A stretch of 63,358 bases of DNA, counting the filler, from Lenisia limosa (Eukaryota > Protista > Breviatea), in the NCBI GenBank assembly GCA_001655205.1. It is 4 parts of 4 records of this genome, joined end to end, with 100 filler letters (N's around TTAATTAATTAA, not from the genome) between each part and the next. Parts side by side here need not be neighbours in the genome. Positions count along the whole stretch, not along the records: positions 15,736 to 39,982 come from LPNZ01007215.1; positions 40,083 to 61,988 come from LPNZ01007078.1; 2 more parts are not named here. One strand, 5' to 3'. Numbering within the stretch: position 1 is the first letter of the stretch; each line of letters opens with the position of its first letter. Below are positions 37,385-50,600 of this stretch, piece by piece. A model generated the notes under the pieces. That model was not told where the DNA came from and did not search any database. It saw only the letters and a program-made list of their open reading frames with translations. The translations under genes were made by a program, and so were the position numbers.

Positions 37385-39982
37385 AGAGTCAGCCTTGGAA
37401 AGGTCGTCACTACCACTGTTGAGCAAAGGAAGGTTGGATGGCTTAATCAAATGGATTACTACGGTTTGAAGTCCACAGTAACATCGTTTCTGGGTAACGT
37501 TTGTTCAACTCTCACATTCCATCGCACAACGCCTGCAGCCACTCCCTCTTGTCCCTGGGCGACCACAGAGTATTTACAACCTTCCTCAAGCATCAGGTAG
37601 CATTTTCGCGGGATAGTAACGTATTTCAGAATATTTGAATTTTGAAAAAGAAATTATGTTGTCGTCGCAACTTTCAGCCCCCCCCCCCCNNNNNNNNNNN
37701 NNNNNNNNNNNNNNNNNNNNNNNNNNNNNNNNNNNNNNNNNNNNNNNNNNNCATTTAGTGCTACCCTGAATATGTTCTGAGCTATCATGGGACTAATTGG
37801 CTTGGAGTTCTCTGTTCCATTTGTTACTTATTTTTGTTATTGTACATTTTCTTTCAGTTTAAAATGCAGCCTCCTCAGCGACTTATTTTGCTAAACTAGA
37901 TATCTTTAAAATTCCTAGTTTGCAACAAATACCTCTGTGGGTTTTATTCTAACGTGGTGATTGGTTGAGGGGAATACATCCCATGTTATTACCCAAATAT
38001 GAATTTTAAAAAAAACTCCATTTCCAAGCCCTACTACTACCAAGCTTGTTTGACTGATGATGGCCGTGCTGGTGACCCTGAACCTCTCCTAAGAAGGTTA
38101 AAATTATTCAAATCCCATGTTTTGCTACTAGTTTCAACATTGAGCTGATTCCATATAGCTGTATAAACATGTAGTAAATAAAATGTAACATAATACAAGA
38201 ATCAGAATTGAAACTCACGATGATACTCTTGATATTTTCGGATCTTTAGGGGCTCTAGAGAGTAAGTAACACAGTGAGTATATAAAAATGCTAATAACTG
38301 TGAACATCACAATGATAATAAACCGAAAGCAACTCTCCACCCTGTGACATACGGGCTCTCAGGCATGGGTGTGGCACCCCTCGATTCTGTGAGGGCGGGT
38401 GATGACGATGATGGTGGCGACTCCCCACGCTCAATCTATTAGGTATCAGGAAAGATAATATATCAAAAAAACAATCAACTTTTCACTGAAGCGAGTTAGC
38501 CTCGTTTCTGCACCTCTCACTCCCTTCTATTAAAGCAGAACTGTCAATAAAAAGCATTTTGACAAAATACATAACATACAACTCTTTTTACAAATTTCTC
38601 CCTTCGCAGCCCACCTCAGCCATGACCTCCACATCATCAAGAATACTCTGAGGGACATTGCTTAGCATTTCAGCCAATGTCCGAGCCTGTAGCTGGTCCA
38701 CGTGTCCTCTACTGCCTGTAGGGAGGGGGGGGGGTGAACANNNNNNNNNNNNNNNNNNNNNNNNNNNNNNNNNNNNNNNNNNNNNNNNNNNNNNNNNNNN
38801 NNNNNNNNNNNNNNNNNNNNNNNNNNNNNNNNACCCTTGCTGATATTCTTATACAAAACTGGTTTGCTCACCATCAGCGTTTTTCAGTACCCTTTCGACC
38901 TTTGTAAACTTCATTGACTCCGCCCTGTCTAAGGCTGTTTCACCCTAAAACGTCAAATATGACTCACATATATGTATTCACTAGTATTTCATCAGTAATC
39001 AACACCTTCAACCATTTTCTCATTTGTCTCATGGCTTTCACATGGTCCCAAAAATGACTGAATTTCTCGATAAATCCTCGATAAATATCGATATTTGACC
39101 GGTCTTTTTCGGACCGTAGGGAAGCCTTAATTGTCCCGCATGCCTTGTGGCTGGCTTTTGAGGGTTCGGCACCGCATTCGAGGAGAAAGCTCGTGAGCTC
39201 GTCGTTGTCAACCGCCTGAAAGTGGAGGCTGTTGCATCCCTGGAAGGGTTAAATGCGGCCACCAGACGGAGCTGAAGTTATTGAAATAGTCTGAAGGAGA
39301 CTCAAACCCGACGAAAAATACCTACAAAATCAACCCAAGAAAGATGCCCCCCATCTCATCTCACCAAACTGTGTAACACATTCGCTTCACCCCCTCCCCC
39401 TCTCACGTCATCGTCCTCAGCCTTCACATCCGCGCCTTTGGACACCAAATGTGCAATTGTGGCCATATCACTACCCTCCTGGATGGCCTTGTGCAGCGGT
39501 GTGCGACCCTGGATGAATGACTAATTTTCAATGCCACGTATCCTGTAACATGTCAGTGGTCCCAATAATACTCAGAATCGCACGTTATTTCAGTCCATAG
39601 TCATTATCTATCAATAAAAGTGTAGAAATAAGGAACCAAATTATCGTTTCTTGCTACCTTTGTGGATTTATGGTTGATGCCAGCGCCAAGGGAAGTCAGG
39701 TACGATATCAAGTCAATCTTGTTGCCGATGGCGGCGATGTGCAATGGGGTCAAGCCCTGGACAAAGGATTGTTGAGTAATCGATTGGGGTAATGTAAAGA
39801 ATGTAGAAGCAAAATTCAAACTCCACTATTTCAAAGAAGAAACACAATTGGATATCGTAGTCAACATCAAATTATCCTATTAGATGCTCCCTGAGCCCAC
39901 CTGTAGGGCTACGGGGGAGTGATGCGATCCGCCTGCAATCAAGGCCTTGGCCACCGGCACCGATCCGGAGAAGGCGGCAACA
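37385..39982 (-). CDS. Ankyrin-repeat protein with a Ser/Pro-rich tail; 5' end truncated at a scaffold join; 3' end approximate
   Basis: GLTPLHIAAIGNKIDLISYLTSLGAGINHKSTK|GRTPLHKAIQEG..LVSKGADVKAEDDD|GCNSLHF..LLECGAEPSKASHK|GETALDRA; consecutive phase-0 ankyrin exons. Confidence 0.85.
39033..39127 (+). mobile_element. MITE family B copy in an ankyrin-gene intron
   Basis: ggctttcacatggtcccaaaaatgac...gtctttttcggaccgtagggaagcct|TA. Confidence 0.85.
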
Positions 39983-40082
39983 NNNNNNNNNNNNNNNNNN
40001 NNNNNNNNNNNNNNNNNNNNNNNNNNTTAATTAATTAANNNNNNNNNNNNNNNNNNNNNNNNNNNNNNNNNNNNNNNNNNNN
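39983..40082. other. Artificial scaffold spacer
   Basis: 44N + TTAATTAATTAA (40027-40038) + 44N. Confidence 0.95.
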
Positions 40083-40254
40083 AGTATATGATAGTATATC
40101 ATAATATATCAAATGTATATAATACATCTAGTAACCATGGAAGGTGATAGGTCCTGACCGATTTTCTGAAGGGATATCTGATTACTATTGATCAAGGCTT
40201 ATAGAAGTGGTTGATGAAAGTTGAATGTAAATGCATTCGTAACAAACCTGGGGA

Positions 40255-41310
40255 GGATACTGTCCCATAGCTTGGCCGTTTTGACCAGGGTACTGGCGAG
40301 GTGGCTGGTCTGGGGGGGGGGGTNNNNNNNNNNNNNNNNNNNNNNNNNNNNNNNNNNNNNNNNNNNNNNNNNNNNNNNNNNNNNNNNNNNNNNNNNNNNN
40401 NNNNNNNNNNNNNNNNNNNNNNNNNNAAAAATAATAAAATCACAAAAAAAGAACAACTTGTAGCTGAATGAGTAAAGTAACGAGTATGCATATATGATAT
40501 ATCGATAGATGATATCTATCTATTTGCGTATCATAAGATCTCAAATATAAAATGATACAAACTCTACAGCAACAAAGGCTAGACCGTTTCGTTTCATCTA
40601 AGCATACTGCGACGACGGTTTTTGTTGCGGCAGCAGAGGAAGCAGCAGAAGCAAATAGCCGCAATAATGACACCCAGGATAATTAAACCCAAGATGGTGT
40701 TTCCGTTCTAGAGAATGAGAGTTGTTGACAGTTAAGCCCAAAATGTTTATTGAACAAACAAGAATAGGCTTCAAAGCCAGCTGGACACTGACTTCTCCCA
40801 AACATTTTGTATTCAGTAGTGGTAATAAGAGTGGAATATTCAGAGGTATTTGTAATGAAGCCGATATAATTGATGCCGATATGTCAGATCAGAAGCTGGC
40901 ATTATCACAGGGGAAAGATGAATGGAAAAACGCTGACTGAACACACGTGGTAATTAAGGTGGAGGAGGGGTAACCTGGCCAGACGACTGACTGTTTTTGT
41001 ATTATAATCGCATAAACTCTTCTCCTATGATGTTTGCTTACGCATTTGGTGCTTCGTGTGTAGGAATAACTTCCACATATCGCAGAAATGTTGTCACCTT
41101 CATCATAACAGCCTTCCTTCACGACTGTATCAAGAGTATCTTTGCACTCAATGTACACACAGTCGCAGTGCCTGTTAAAAAGGAGGTCACGATGAAGAGA
41201 AAAGGCCATGACTTACTTTCCATCAAGGCAGGTAGATTTGCTTTCCCCAACACAAGCTGTGCTATCACTACTACTATCAGCCCCAAGCGCAAAAAGCAGC
41301 ATTAGGCAAA
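40255..41310 (-). CDS. Single-pass type I membrane protein: Cys-rich ectodomain, TM, juxtamembrane Cys cluster, P/Q/Y/G-rich tail
   Basis: MLLFALGADSSDSTACVGESKSTCLDG|HCDCVYIECK..CYDEG..CGSY..KC|..NGNTILGLIILGVIIAAICFCCFLCCRNKNRRR|DQPPRQYPGQNGQAMGQYPPQ; ends not fully resolved. Confidence 0.6.
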
Positions 41311-41619
41311 AAGAAAGCCCGAAAAGAAGTTTATTCATTTTCGGAATCTTCTAAGTTCGCTTGTTTTAGTGTTGTTACTACTTCACTACTTGTTTTGCTC
41401 AAGTTTTTGCTTGCGTTAGTTTTCCATTTTTCTTTATATATTGAAAGTAAACATAGGGGACCCACTTACCATAAAGTGATATTTAGGTAAAAAATTTAAC
41501 CAAACAGTATCAGAACAGCATAAAAAAACATAAGAACAACATTCTAATATTATATAAGTATATATAATAAAGTATACTAATAGAAATAATAACCGTGCAA
41601 CATTAGATTGAGATTACCG

Positions 41620-44600
41620 GAGCTCTACTGAGGCTGCTGAAGTCCCCGCGCAATGCTAGGTGTGTGAAATAGTGATATAGAATGGGAAAACTCCACAATT
41701 GCGGTTGGCTTCTTACAATCCAGGGGCACTTCCTGATCTCAACCGACCACCACCAAAACGAGGAGGAAGGTGAGCAGTGGGAGTTGATGGAAAAGGGAAG
41801 CCTTTTAAACTTGATGGTGTTGATGTGTTGATGTGTTGATAGGGTAAAAACCAACAAATATTTGGTCCAGTATGATCAATGTGATTTTAACGGTCTTTTT
41901 TCTTTCTTTTCTTTATTTCACCAAGCAGGCAGCAGCAACTGGGGCCCCTCCAAGGTTCAAAAGATGACCCCCTCGCTGACCCTCTATCAAGGTTAGTTGA
42001 AAAAGGAAGCTTTGCTATCGTACTATTTGAATGTTGGCAACAAAACAGCAATATTAAATGTCAATTGCCATCAAATAATTGGTTACTGTTAAATAAAGTG
42101 ACCAAAACACACTTCAACACACCCAGTAACCCCCCCCCCCCNNNNNNNNNNNNNNNNNNNNNNNNNNNNNNNNNNNNNNNNNNNNNNNNNNNNNNNNNNT
42201 ATTAGATCTCGAATGCCTCCAGCTTTAGCAGCTGCGGTCGGGCCAAATGCCAAAAATGCCAGCCCTCAGGTTTGCAGTCGCTGAGAATATTTGAATGGAG
42301 GAAGCTTTTTGTACCTTGAGATCAAGGGTGGTATAATAGTATAATATATCTGGGGTGACCTATCTGCTTTCCTCTTGCACTATTTTTAAAAGAATAATTA
42401 ACTTAATCATGTTTAGATTGTCGAATTCGTGGCTAATTGACCAAAAAAACTGAAATGATGATTTAGAGAGTCCCACAGCCTCGACAAGCGGCCACTAGAC
42501 AGCAGCAACAGCTAAGAGGTAACCTTGGGGTCTCTTTCGGTTGATGAGAGTGTTTTTTGGGGTATTTGGAACACAATACCATCTTTGTCACCATTTTATC
42601 TTCTGGATAGCATGATAATTAATTCACTGGTCTGGACTTACCCTTGAAGGACAACGACAGAACCGCACACCCTCTCCAGCAAATAGCACACACTCGTAAG
42701 CGTGATATTGATTAAACACATTCGTTGTGTCCCAAGCTCATGAACTTCATATATTTCCTTTATACCATCAAAGGGCCACAGATCAATGACTTGCGATAAA
42801 GAAAATCTGATGTTTCCTCAACGAAATTCTGGAATGTTCTCTTTTGGACCAACCCGCCATCACCATCCCAGAAGCCACTCTGACCAACAACGGCCACAGT
42901 CGTCACATGGCCGGAACGACTATCAGCAGCCTCAGCCGGGTGTGGGGGTAAAGATTTAGGTGGTCCATGCAAACTGTTCCTGAGGATTATTTCAGGAGTT
43001 TTCCTGCAGTTGCTTCCCTTTTCTGAGCGTCTCTATACCGAATTTAAACTTTCCCAAGCTTTTCAGGTTTACTAATCTCCAGTAATTCATTCAGGCTCCC
43101 TCCAACGCCCGGGTACCTCTCACGGACGCCCGGGTACTGCTCATGGAGGAAGAGCACACAATCAGCAACCGGAGAGAAAGTAGGACATTCTATAATGTCT
43201 CTTTGAAGATTTTGAGCCTACCATCCCCATGTAAAACAGTTGTTATTGTTACACCTTGCAGTCAGCGGCCTACAGTAATGGGGAACGCTGGAGGCCCCGG
43301 GGGGCAGAAGCAGTACCAGAACCAGGGCTACCAACACTATCAGAGTGGACAACGCTCGAGAGGGCAATCGGGTAGTCAAGATGTGGAGGCTTCTTGGGGC
43401 AAGCCCCCTTCCAAGGGACAAGGTGAATGGGCCTTATTTCTGTAATTCTTTTGTTGATACTCTCGGACCTTATTTTGTACTATAACGTATACTCAGTATT
43501 GGCGGGTGAAGGAGGGCCGCGTACATAAAAGCTTATTCTGAACAATTCTTAGGGCTCAACATGGACACAAAACCGTCTTCATTCCTTTTATCATTAGCAC
43601 CTAACCCGGCAGGAGTGTCTACCGGGAACACCATGAAGGACATGTTTGACCCGCAAGTGGCTGCACGTGCCGCCTCTCAGTCCCAGCACCTCGACCTCAG
43701 CATCGACACTCTTGCTCATGTTAGCGCTTTCGCCAATAGCATCCCCCCCACTGCCACCTTGAGTTTTGCCAATATGTTTCCTAAGTTCCTATTCGTCAAT
43801 CAACATCTTAATGGATTCTATCCGTACTTGTCTGTAGATAGGGCAGGAGAAACAGTGATATTTCTGGAGGTTATCATGATTAGCCTTATTGATACCGAAA
43901 GACGCCTTGTCCCTCACGAAGCAGGTTCGTCCAGCTGAGATCAACGATCAGGAAACAATGAACCAAAGCCGACAGGCTGCTTTCCTTGGCGACCAAGACA
44001 ATAGCGACTCTGACTACTTTGACAATGCCTCTGTGGGGATATGTTACACCCTACTTGTTAAATATGAGGTGCTTTAATGTGTCCATGTATTGTTGCAGCA
44101 ATTGGTATTTTCACTCAACGAATTCAAAATAATCCCTTTGAGGACTGATAATCCCCTTCTGTATATATAGATAGTATATAATATATGATAGTATATGCAT
44201 ATATTTTACTATATCATATCGATATGTGAATGTATATATATATATAATTACTATACCCATGATACTCATACCCTCATCTCGCAGCCGATCGAGCGGAGCA
44301 AGCGCCAACCTATTAGGCCGCTTCTCCGGTCCGATGACTCGAGTTCCTCCGATGACAGCGGCCCCGTGCGACGTCTTACGCCCGCCCAGCGCCAACACTG
44401 GTCCAACTCTGGACTTACAAGGCAGAGGGAGTCCAAGAATCTCGACCAGGTGACCTCCTCACCCTGTTTTTTTTATACAAAGTAAAATTTGAAGCGTTGG
44501 TCTGACTGTTCTATATTCCCCCCAGAAGTGTGATATATTTAGGGCAATTTAGCTGATGATGGCGGCCCCTTGTTTTTCAATGCCGGAAGCAACGTAGAGG

Positions 44601-47600
44601 AACCGTGGGNNNNNNNNNNNNNNNNNNNNNNNNNNNNNNNNNNNNNNNNNNNNNNNNNNNNNNNNNNNNNNNNNNNNNNNNNNNNNNNNNNNNNNNNNNN
44701 NNNNNNNNNNNNNNNNNNNNNNNNNNNNNNNNNNNNNNNNNCATCAAAATTAAAACTTAAATATATATATATATTATATGATATATATGAATGTTATCTT
44801 ACCCGCTGACCCTGTGCCCCATGGGTGTATATAGTATATATTTTTTTCGGTCACTGGCGTGACACCCCCTCCCATGGAAAAACTTATGTATAGTATGATA
44901 TAGTATATCAAATATATTGGATGACCGCTAGAAGGGAGTAATCTAATTGCAATGAGCAACCCAAGTAAGAGGCTTTCTTTTATCCTTCCAGGGCGTTGGA
45001 CGTGTCCGCAATCGGGCATCACAACGACGATGATTGGACTCCTCCCCAGTCCCCAGATAAGGTATCTTTTCCTCACCCAACAATTGCGCTCATTTTCCAA
45101 AAGACAAGTTTACCCCTTTGGTGGAATGCGGTGCTTGCAGAAGCGACTGGCCTGGACTTTGTTTGTTTTGTTGCTATCAACCCTTGTGTGTTGTCAGCCA
45201 ACAGAGTTGATTTTGGGCGTTTTTTGTTTCATAAATTTGTTAATTTCACCCCCCTCCCTTAGTCTTTGGAATCGTCTCAAAGCGAGGAGGAGCCGAGTAT
45301 GGCTGACATGTACCAGCATTCCCGAACTGTGAGCATGACAGGTTTTCTAATGGGGCTTCTATGGCGTTTTGATGGATCTCAAAGATGTCTTGATCTCACC
45401 CCCCCCCCCCCCCCCNNNNNNNNNNNNNNNNNNNNNNNNNNNNNNNNNNNNNNNNNNNNNNNNNNNNNNNNNNNNNNNNNNNNNNNNNNNNNNNNNNNNN
45501 NNNNNNNNNNNNNNNNNNNNNNAGCGAAACGTCTCAATGAAGTTGCCAAGAGAGAGGCGAAGCTAGCCGACCGGGAGGACGAAGTTATGAGTCGAGAGCT
45601 CAGCCTTGAGGACAGGGAGGTCAAGCTTGCTGCTCGCGAGGATCAGGTCTGTGGGTGTGTGGACTATTGAACATGTTTCATATCGGTTTCTAGTTTATCC
45701 AATTAACAACACTTTACTTGCTTTGAAAATGATAAATTGCTACCTGATACATATCTTCTGGGCTAGGCTTTGCTTTGTTATTGCCCTGAGATATTCAGTT
45801 TCGAGGTATTAGTCCACCGTACTGACCCCTCAGATGGATGTTCAGCTCCGCGAATTGGATGAGTTACCTCAGATCAAGGCGAAACTGGAGGCGGATCTGG
45901 CCGACATTGACCTTGCAAGAGATCAGATCAGAGTGGGGGGAGAAACAACTGCTCCTTCATTTATCGTTTCATCACCATCTTCCTTTATTGATTCATTAAC
46001 ACCGACTAGCGAGACCAACATGTTTTACAGCAGTTCCAAGCCGACTTAGGTATGCTATATCATATCCGAGTTGTTAGGCAAATGTTTTGGGTGAATTGAT
46101 ATTAAACTATAATCCAATATCTCTTATAAGTGTGATGGTGTGGAGCGCAAGCAACACTGAAAATCGTAAGTAACCCCACAGGTACACGTGACCAGGAAAT
46201 CAAGGCTCGGAGCGTGGAAGTACAGTCGCGCGAGTCCGACGTGGCCGTGCGTGAACATGAGATCAACACGCGAATGATGGAAGTGGCGGGGCGCGAGCGC
46301 GAGTTGCGCGAAGACCAAGAGGCTCTCCAGGTTTTTGGGTGTTATTTCTTGCTCTGAACTGCTGCTTACATAATTTTATTGATTCATTCCGAGCACATTA
46401 GGTTTCTTTTCACCCATTTATTGTTTATTTCACATCATTGCATGTTTCCAAAGATTAAACCAAACGAAGTGTTGCTTTAGGTTATTTTTGTTTTGAGCTT
46501 TCACCACTCGCCACTTCTTACTCCCCCAGTCGGAGCGGCAGCAACTGGAGGAGGACACCGCACATCTGGATAGTGTCAATCGAGAACTGCAGGAGCGATT
46601 GTCGAGGGCTGACGAGTCGAAGTTGGGGGGGGGGGGNNNNNNNNNNNNNNNNNNNNNNNNNNNNNNNNNNNNNNNNNNNNNNNNNNNNNNNNNNNNNNNN
46701 NNNNNNNNNNNNNNNNNNNNNNNNNNNNTGACGAAATCACTCTCCGAGGTTAAATCTGAAAAATGGACTCTCAAATTAAGTGTTCCAGAAATATCTCGCA
46801 GTATGAACTTAAGATGTTTAAGGCACTATGCGGCTGTTTTAGCTGGAAAGTGGATATATCGCAAGTGGACTCCCCCGAGTGGGGGAGTAGGTTCTACGAG
46901 GTCAAAAATGTGTCAAAAATTTTCGATCCCACCTTCTTGAGGAGGTCAAATCATGAAAAATGCTCTACCCGATATGGTTTTGGTTTTTTTTTTGTCTTCT
47001 TATACTCCTCTCCTCTCCCTGTGCACTAGTTGACATTCCATTCAACCCCAGGTTTCCTTTTCACTCATCATCACAGCCGAGCCTCCCCCGACCTTGACCA
47101 GCTCAACGAGGATCGGGCTGAGCTTGAGGAGCAGCGTCAGGACCTAGAGAACCAAAAGTTGGACCTTGAGCAGAGACTGCGAGACCTGCAGGCGGCCGAA
47201 CATCAGGTTGGCGAACCTGGGTCTCAGAATATGATAATTCATTAAATTTTCAACAGAGTATCCCTTCCACCTTTCCCATGGTAACCAAACAGGTTGCGAT
47301 GGCGCAGAACGAGGGCATCAACGAGACACAAGCCAAGCTTGACGCCGCTCTGTTGGAGATGAACGAAGAGAAGAAGTGGTTCGATTCCGAGAAGAAGTGG
47401 CTGGAGGAGGAACGCTTGAAGGTAGGAATGTTGCCCGTCAGTAGTTGTTGTAGGAAATTGGTCATTGTTATCCTCGAAAATTCTCAAGAAATTCCGACAT
47501 TTTGGGTGGGGACGTGCCTTCGTACTATAACTCAAAACCTTTTCGAAATACATCTTGTGCATAATTGTTGCACTATCGAGTCTACCATGTTTAACAGGAC

Positions 47601-50600
47601 AGGTGGAAGACGAGAGTCAAAGAGCAGAGGAAGTGAGAGCAGCAGCTGAACGGGCCAAGGTCCAAGTATGGGGAGACGTTTTTTCTTCGTTAGTTGTATT
47701 CATACATTTATGCATATATTAACAGAGTCAGGCTGAAGACTCAGCGACCCTCGCAGAAATGGAACAACAGAGTCTCCGCAACAAGGTTCAGGAGCTGGAA
47801 GCCCGCCTTCTGGAGGCTTCTGCAGATTCACACCCAGGTGAGTGTTTACTTAGGACAAGTCTTCTCGTGGTCACACGCTTCATACTTCCATCTTGTTTTA
47901 TCATTTACACGTTTGATTGAGTTTCTAGCTTTTCTTGGGAATAAGGTTGCTTTTTCCTGCTTGTCTTTTTGTTGAGGGAACTCTTGTCAAGATTTTCAAT
48001 AACTTGGTGATCCAAAAGGAAATCGCTTTTCTTACCCTCCAGGAAACGACACCCTGTCCCGAGACCTTGACGAAAGGCTTGCTGAAGTTCAGCGAAGGGA
48101 GGCAGAGGTGGAGAAAAGAGAGGTGCGTCTTCGATTGACGGAAGATCGGGCCAAGGCCAAACTCCAAGTGGCTAACCTGGTGCGTGGTCTGGGAGCGATT
48201 TATTTCGTCCTCCATTGGCTTCTCGAGGAAACTGATTTGACCAACACAAATCATTTACTGGGTTTTATAAACCACATTTGTGTCAACAAGAACTCCCACA
48301 TTTTAGGTCATATGAATTCTCTCATTAATACGGACACACAGCATAGACCCTAAGCTCACCATCGTAGCGTTTGAAGGAATGTCGCATTCTGGAGGAGAGG
48401 GAAAGTGAGCAGAAGGTTCAAAAGTCAGAGAAGACAACTGGTGGGAGGGTACAGAGGCAAAAAAAAAATCGAACTCTACTTATCTGTCTAAGTTCAACTT
48501 ATTTCTACTGATCTGTCTGAGTTCAACTTATTTCTACTGTAGGACCAAAGCCCGCCACCACGCATTCAGCGGAGCGTGAACAGGTTGGGGTCCAGTAAAC
48601 TTGGTACAGAATTGTAGAGATATACTACATGTAGTGTTGTCTTTCTTTACAGCCTAGTCTGCAGCCATGCCTGCTGTTCTCGAAGGCTCCATAGAAGGTC
48701 TTGATGAAAGCAGAATGCATCCAGAGCTCTCTCAAATCACACCCCAGGTATTGAACGAGAGTATCTATCTGCACTTGGTGTCATCGCTCATAATATCATA
48801 TGTATCATATATAATATTACATATTATGTTGTAAAGGCTGGAGAGGAAGGAAGGACACTTCTTCTTGACCCCCCCCCCCCCNNNNNNNNNNNNNNNNNNN
48901 NNNNNNNNNNNNNNNNNNNNNNNNNNNNNNNNNNNNNNNNNNNNNNNNNNNNNNNNNNNNNNNNNNNNNNNNNNNNNNNNNNNNNNNNNNNNNNNNNNNN
49001 NNNNNNNNNNNNNNNNNNNNNNNNNNNNNNNNNNNNNNNNNNNTATCTACAAAATACCTCTGGATTTGAGGTCGTGTTCATGAAATATTCAGGATCGGCA
49101 GCACCCCTACACCACCCGGGTATGTACTTCGGCGGCCACCCGGCTTATTACTACCCGGGTACTCCTGCTGCCCCATATCCCCCAGGTATGCTATTTTCTT
49201 ACTTTTACAAAGATTGAATGATATCAAACGATCCTCAATAAATGTAAAGATATGGGGGGGGGGGGGNNNNNNNNNNNNNNNNNNNNNNNNNNNNNNNNNN
49301 NNNNNNNNNNNNNNNNNNNNNNNNNNNNNNNNNNNNNNNNNNNNNNNNNNNNNNNNNCCTAAATTGTCCGGCAAAACCTACCACAACAACATATTGAAGA
49401 AATATTCCCTAGATTTAGCATTGTTGGTGAGCTTCCCTCTTCATGTTATTCTTTAGGAGTGCATTACTCAGGTCATCCTGCCACTTACCCTTACAACACA
49501 CCCCAACACCCAGGTATATGGTTCCGAAAGAACACGGTTATATGTTCACCCAATATTGAGTTATGTGCTTTTTCGTATTGCTTATTGGTAGTTTTTTATT
49601 ATGATCATATTTAGGGCTTCCCTACGGTCCCAAAAAAGACTGATTTTTCGGATAAATCCTCGATAAACATGAATGACCGGTCTTTTTCGGACCGTAGGGA
49701 AGTCTGTATATGTGTGTCATTGGTATGTATTGTTTTGAAGAGTTCAGTAGAGCTTGTCGGACATAAAAAAAACCCCAGAGTATCCCAACAGTTGTCAACA
49801 ATCCAGCCGCATTCTGACCTTGTAGCCCATCATGCCAACCCGCCAATGCCCATGCCCTTCCTTTCTGCACCCCCTCCGTGGGTTTGTTTTGGGGGGGGGG
49901 TCTTTTTGAATTATTTTTTGTGTGTGATGATCATTGAATACTTGGTTTAGAGTTTGCTGCTTTCTGCAAATCTTAACCACCCAGTGACATGTCTGACCTT
50001 TCAGAGCATCACCCCCCAAGCAGCCAGCCTGGGCTAATACCATTGATGCGTCAATGATGTCTCTCAACCCCATGTTTAATTTAAATAATGGTTGGTATTA
50101 CGCTGTTAATCTGTTACCAATTTCTACTGTGTCTTTTTCTGAAGTATTTATTTCGATCAAATTTTCACCGACATATGATTAACGCCCCAGCCACCCCCCT
50201 GCCAATATCCACTTCTGAGGGCGAAATTGACCCAACTCTCCTCCAAGATGACCTCATGTGAGGGGGCTGCTTCTCAGTACATTGTCAAATTTCCTTCGTT
50301 ATTCATTTTTGATTTGGGCTCTTTTTGTTACCCCCCCCCCTAGAAAGCCACAGAAATCAATACTCAAGCCACCCCCTTCATCAATACTAGCTCCCAATGG
50401 GNNNNNNNNNNNNNNNNNNNNNNNNNNNNNNNNNNNNNNNNNNNNNNNNGCTTTGTGAGCAAAGGGAGTTGTCAAATAGCAGACTCAAATGAATAAGACA
50501 TAATTGTATCGGGACTTTTCTTAAAAAAGATATTTTTCGAGGAGTGTTGGCAAAACTTGAACAATCAACAAGCCCCATCATACTTACCCTTTATAGAAGG

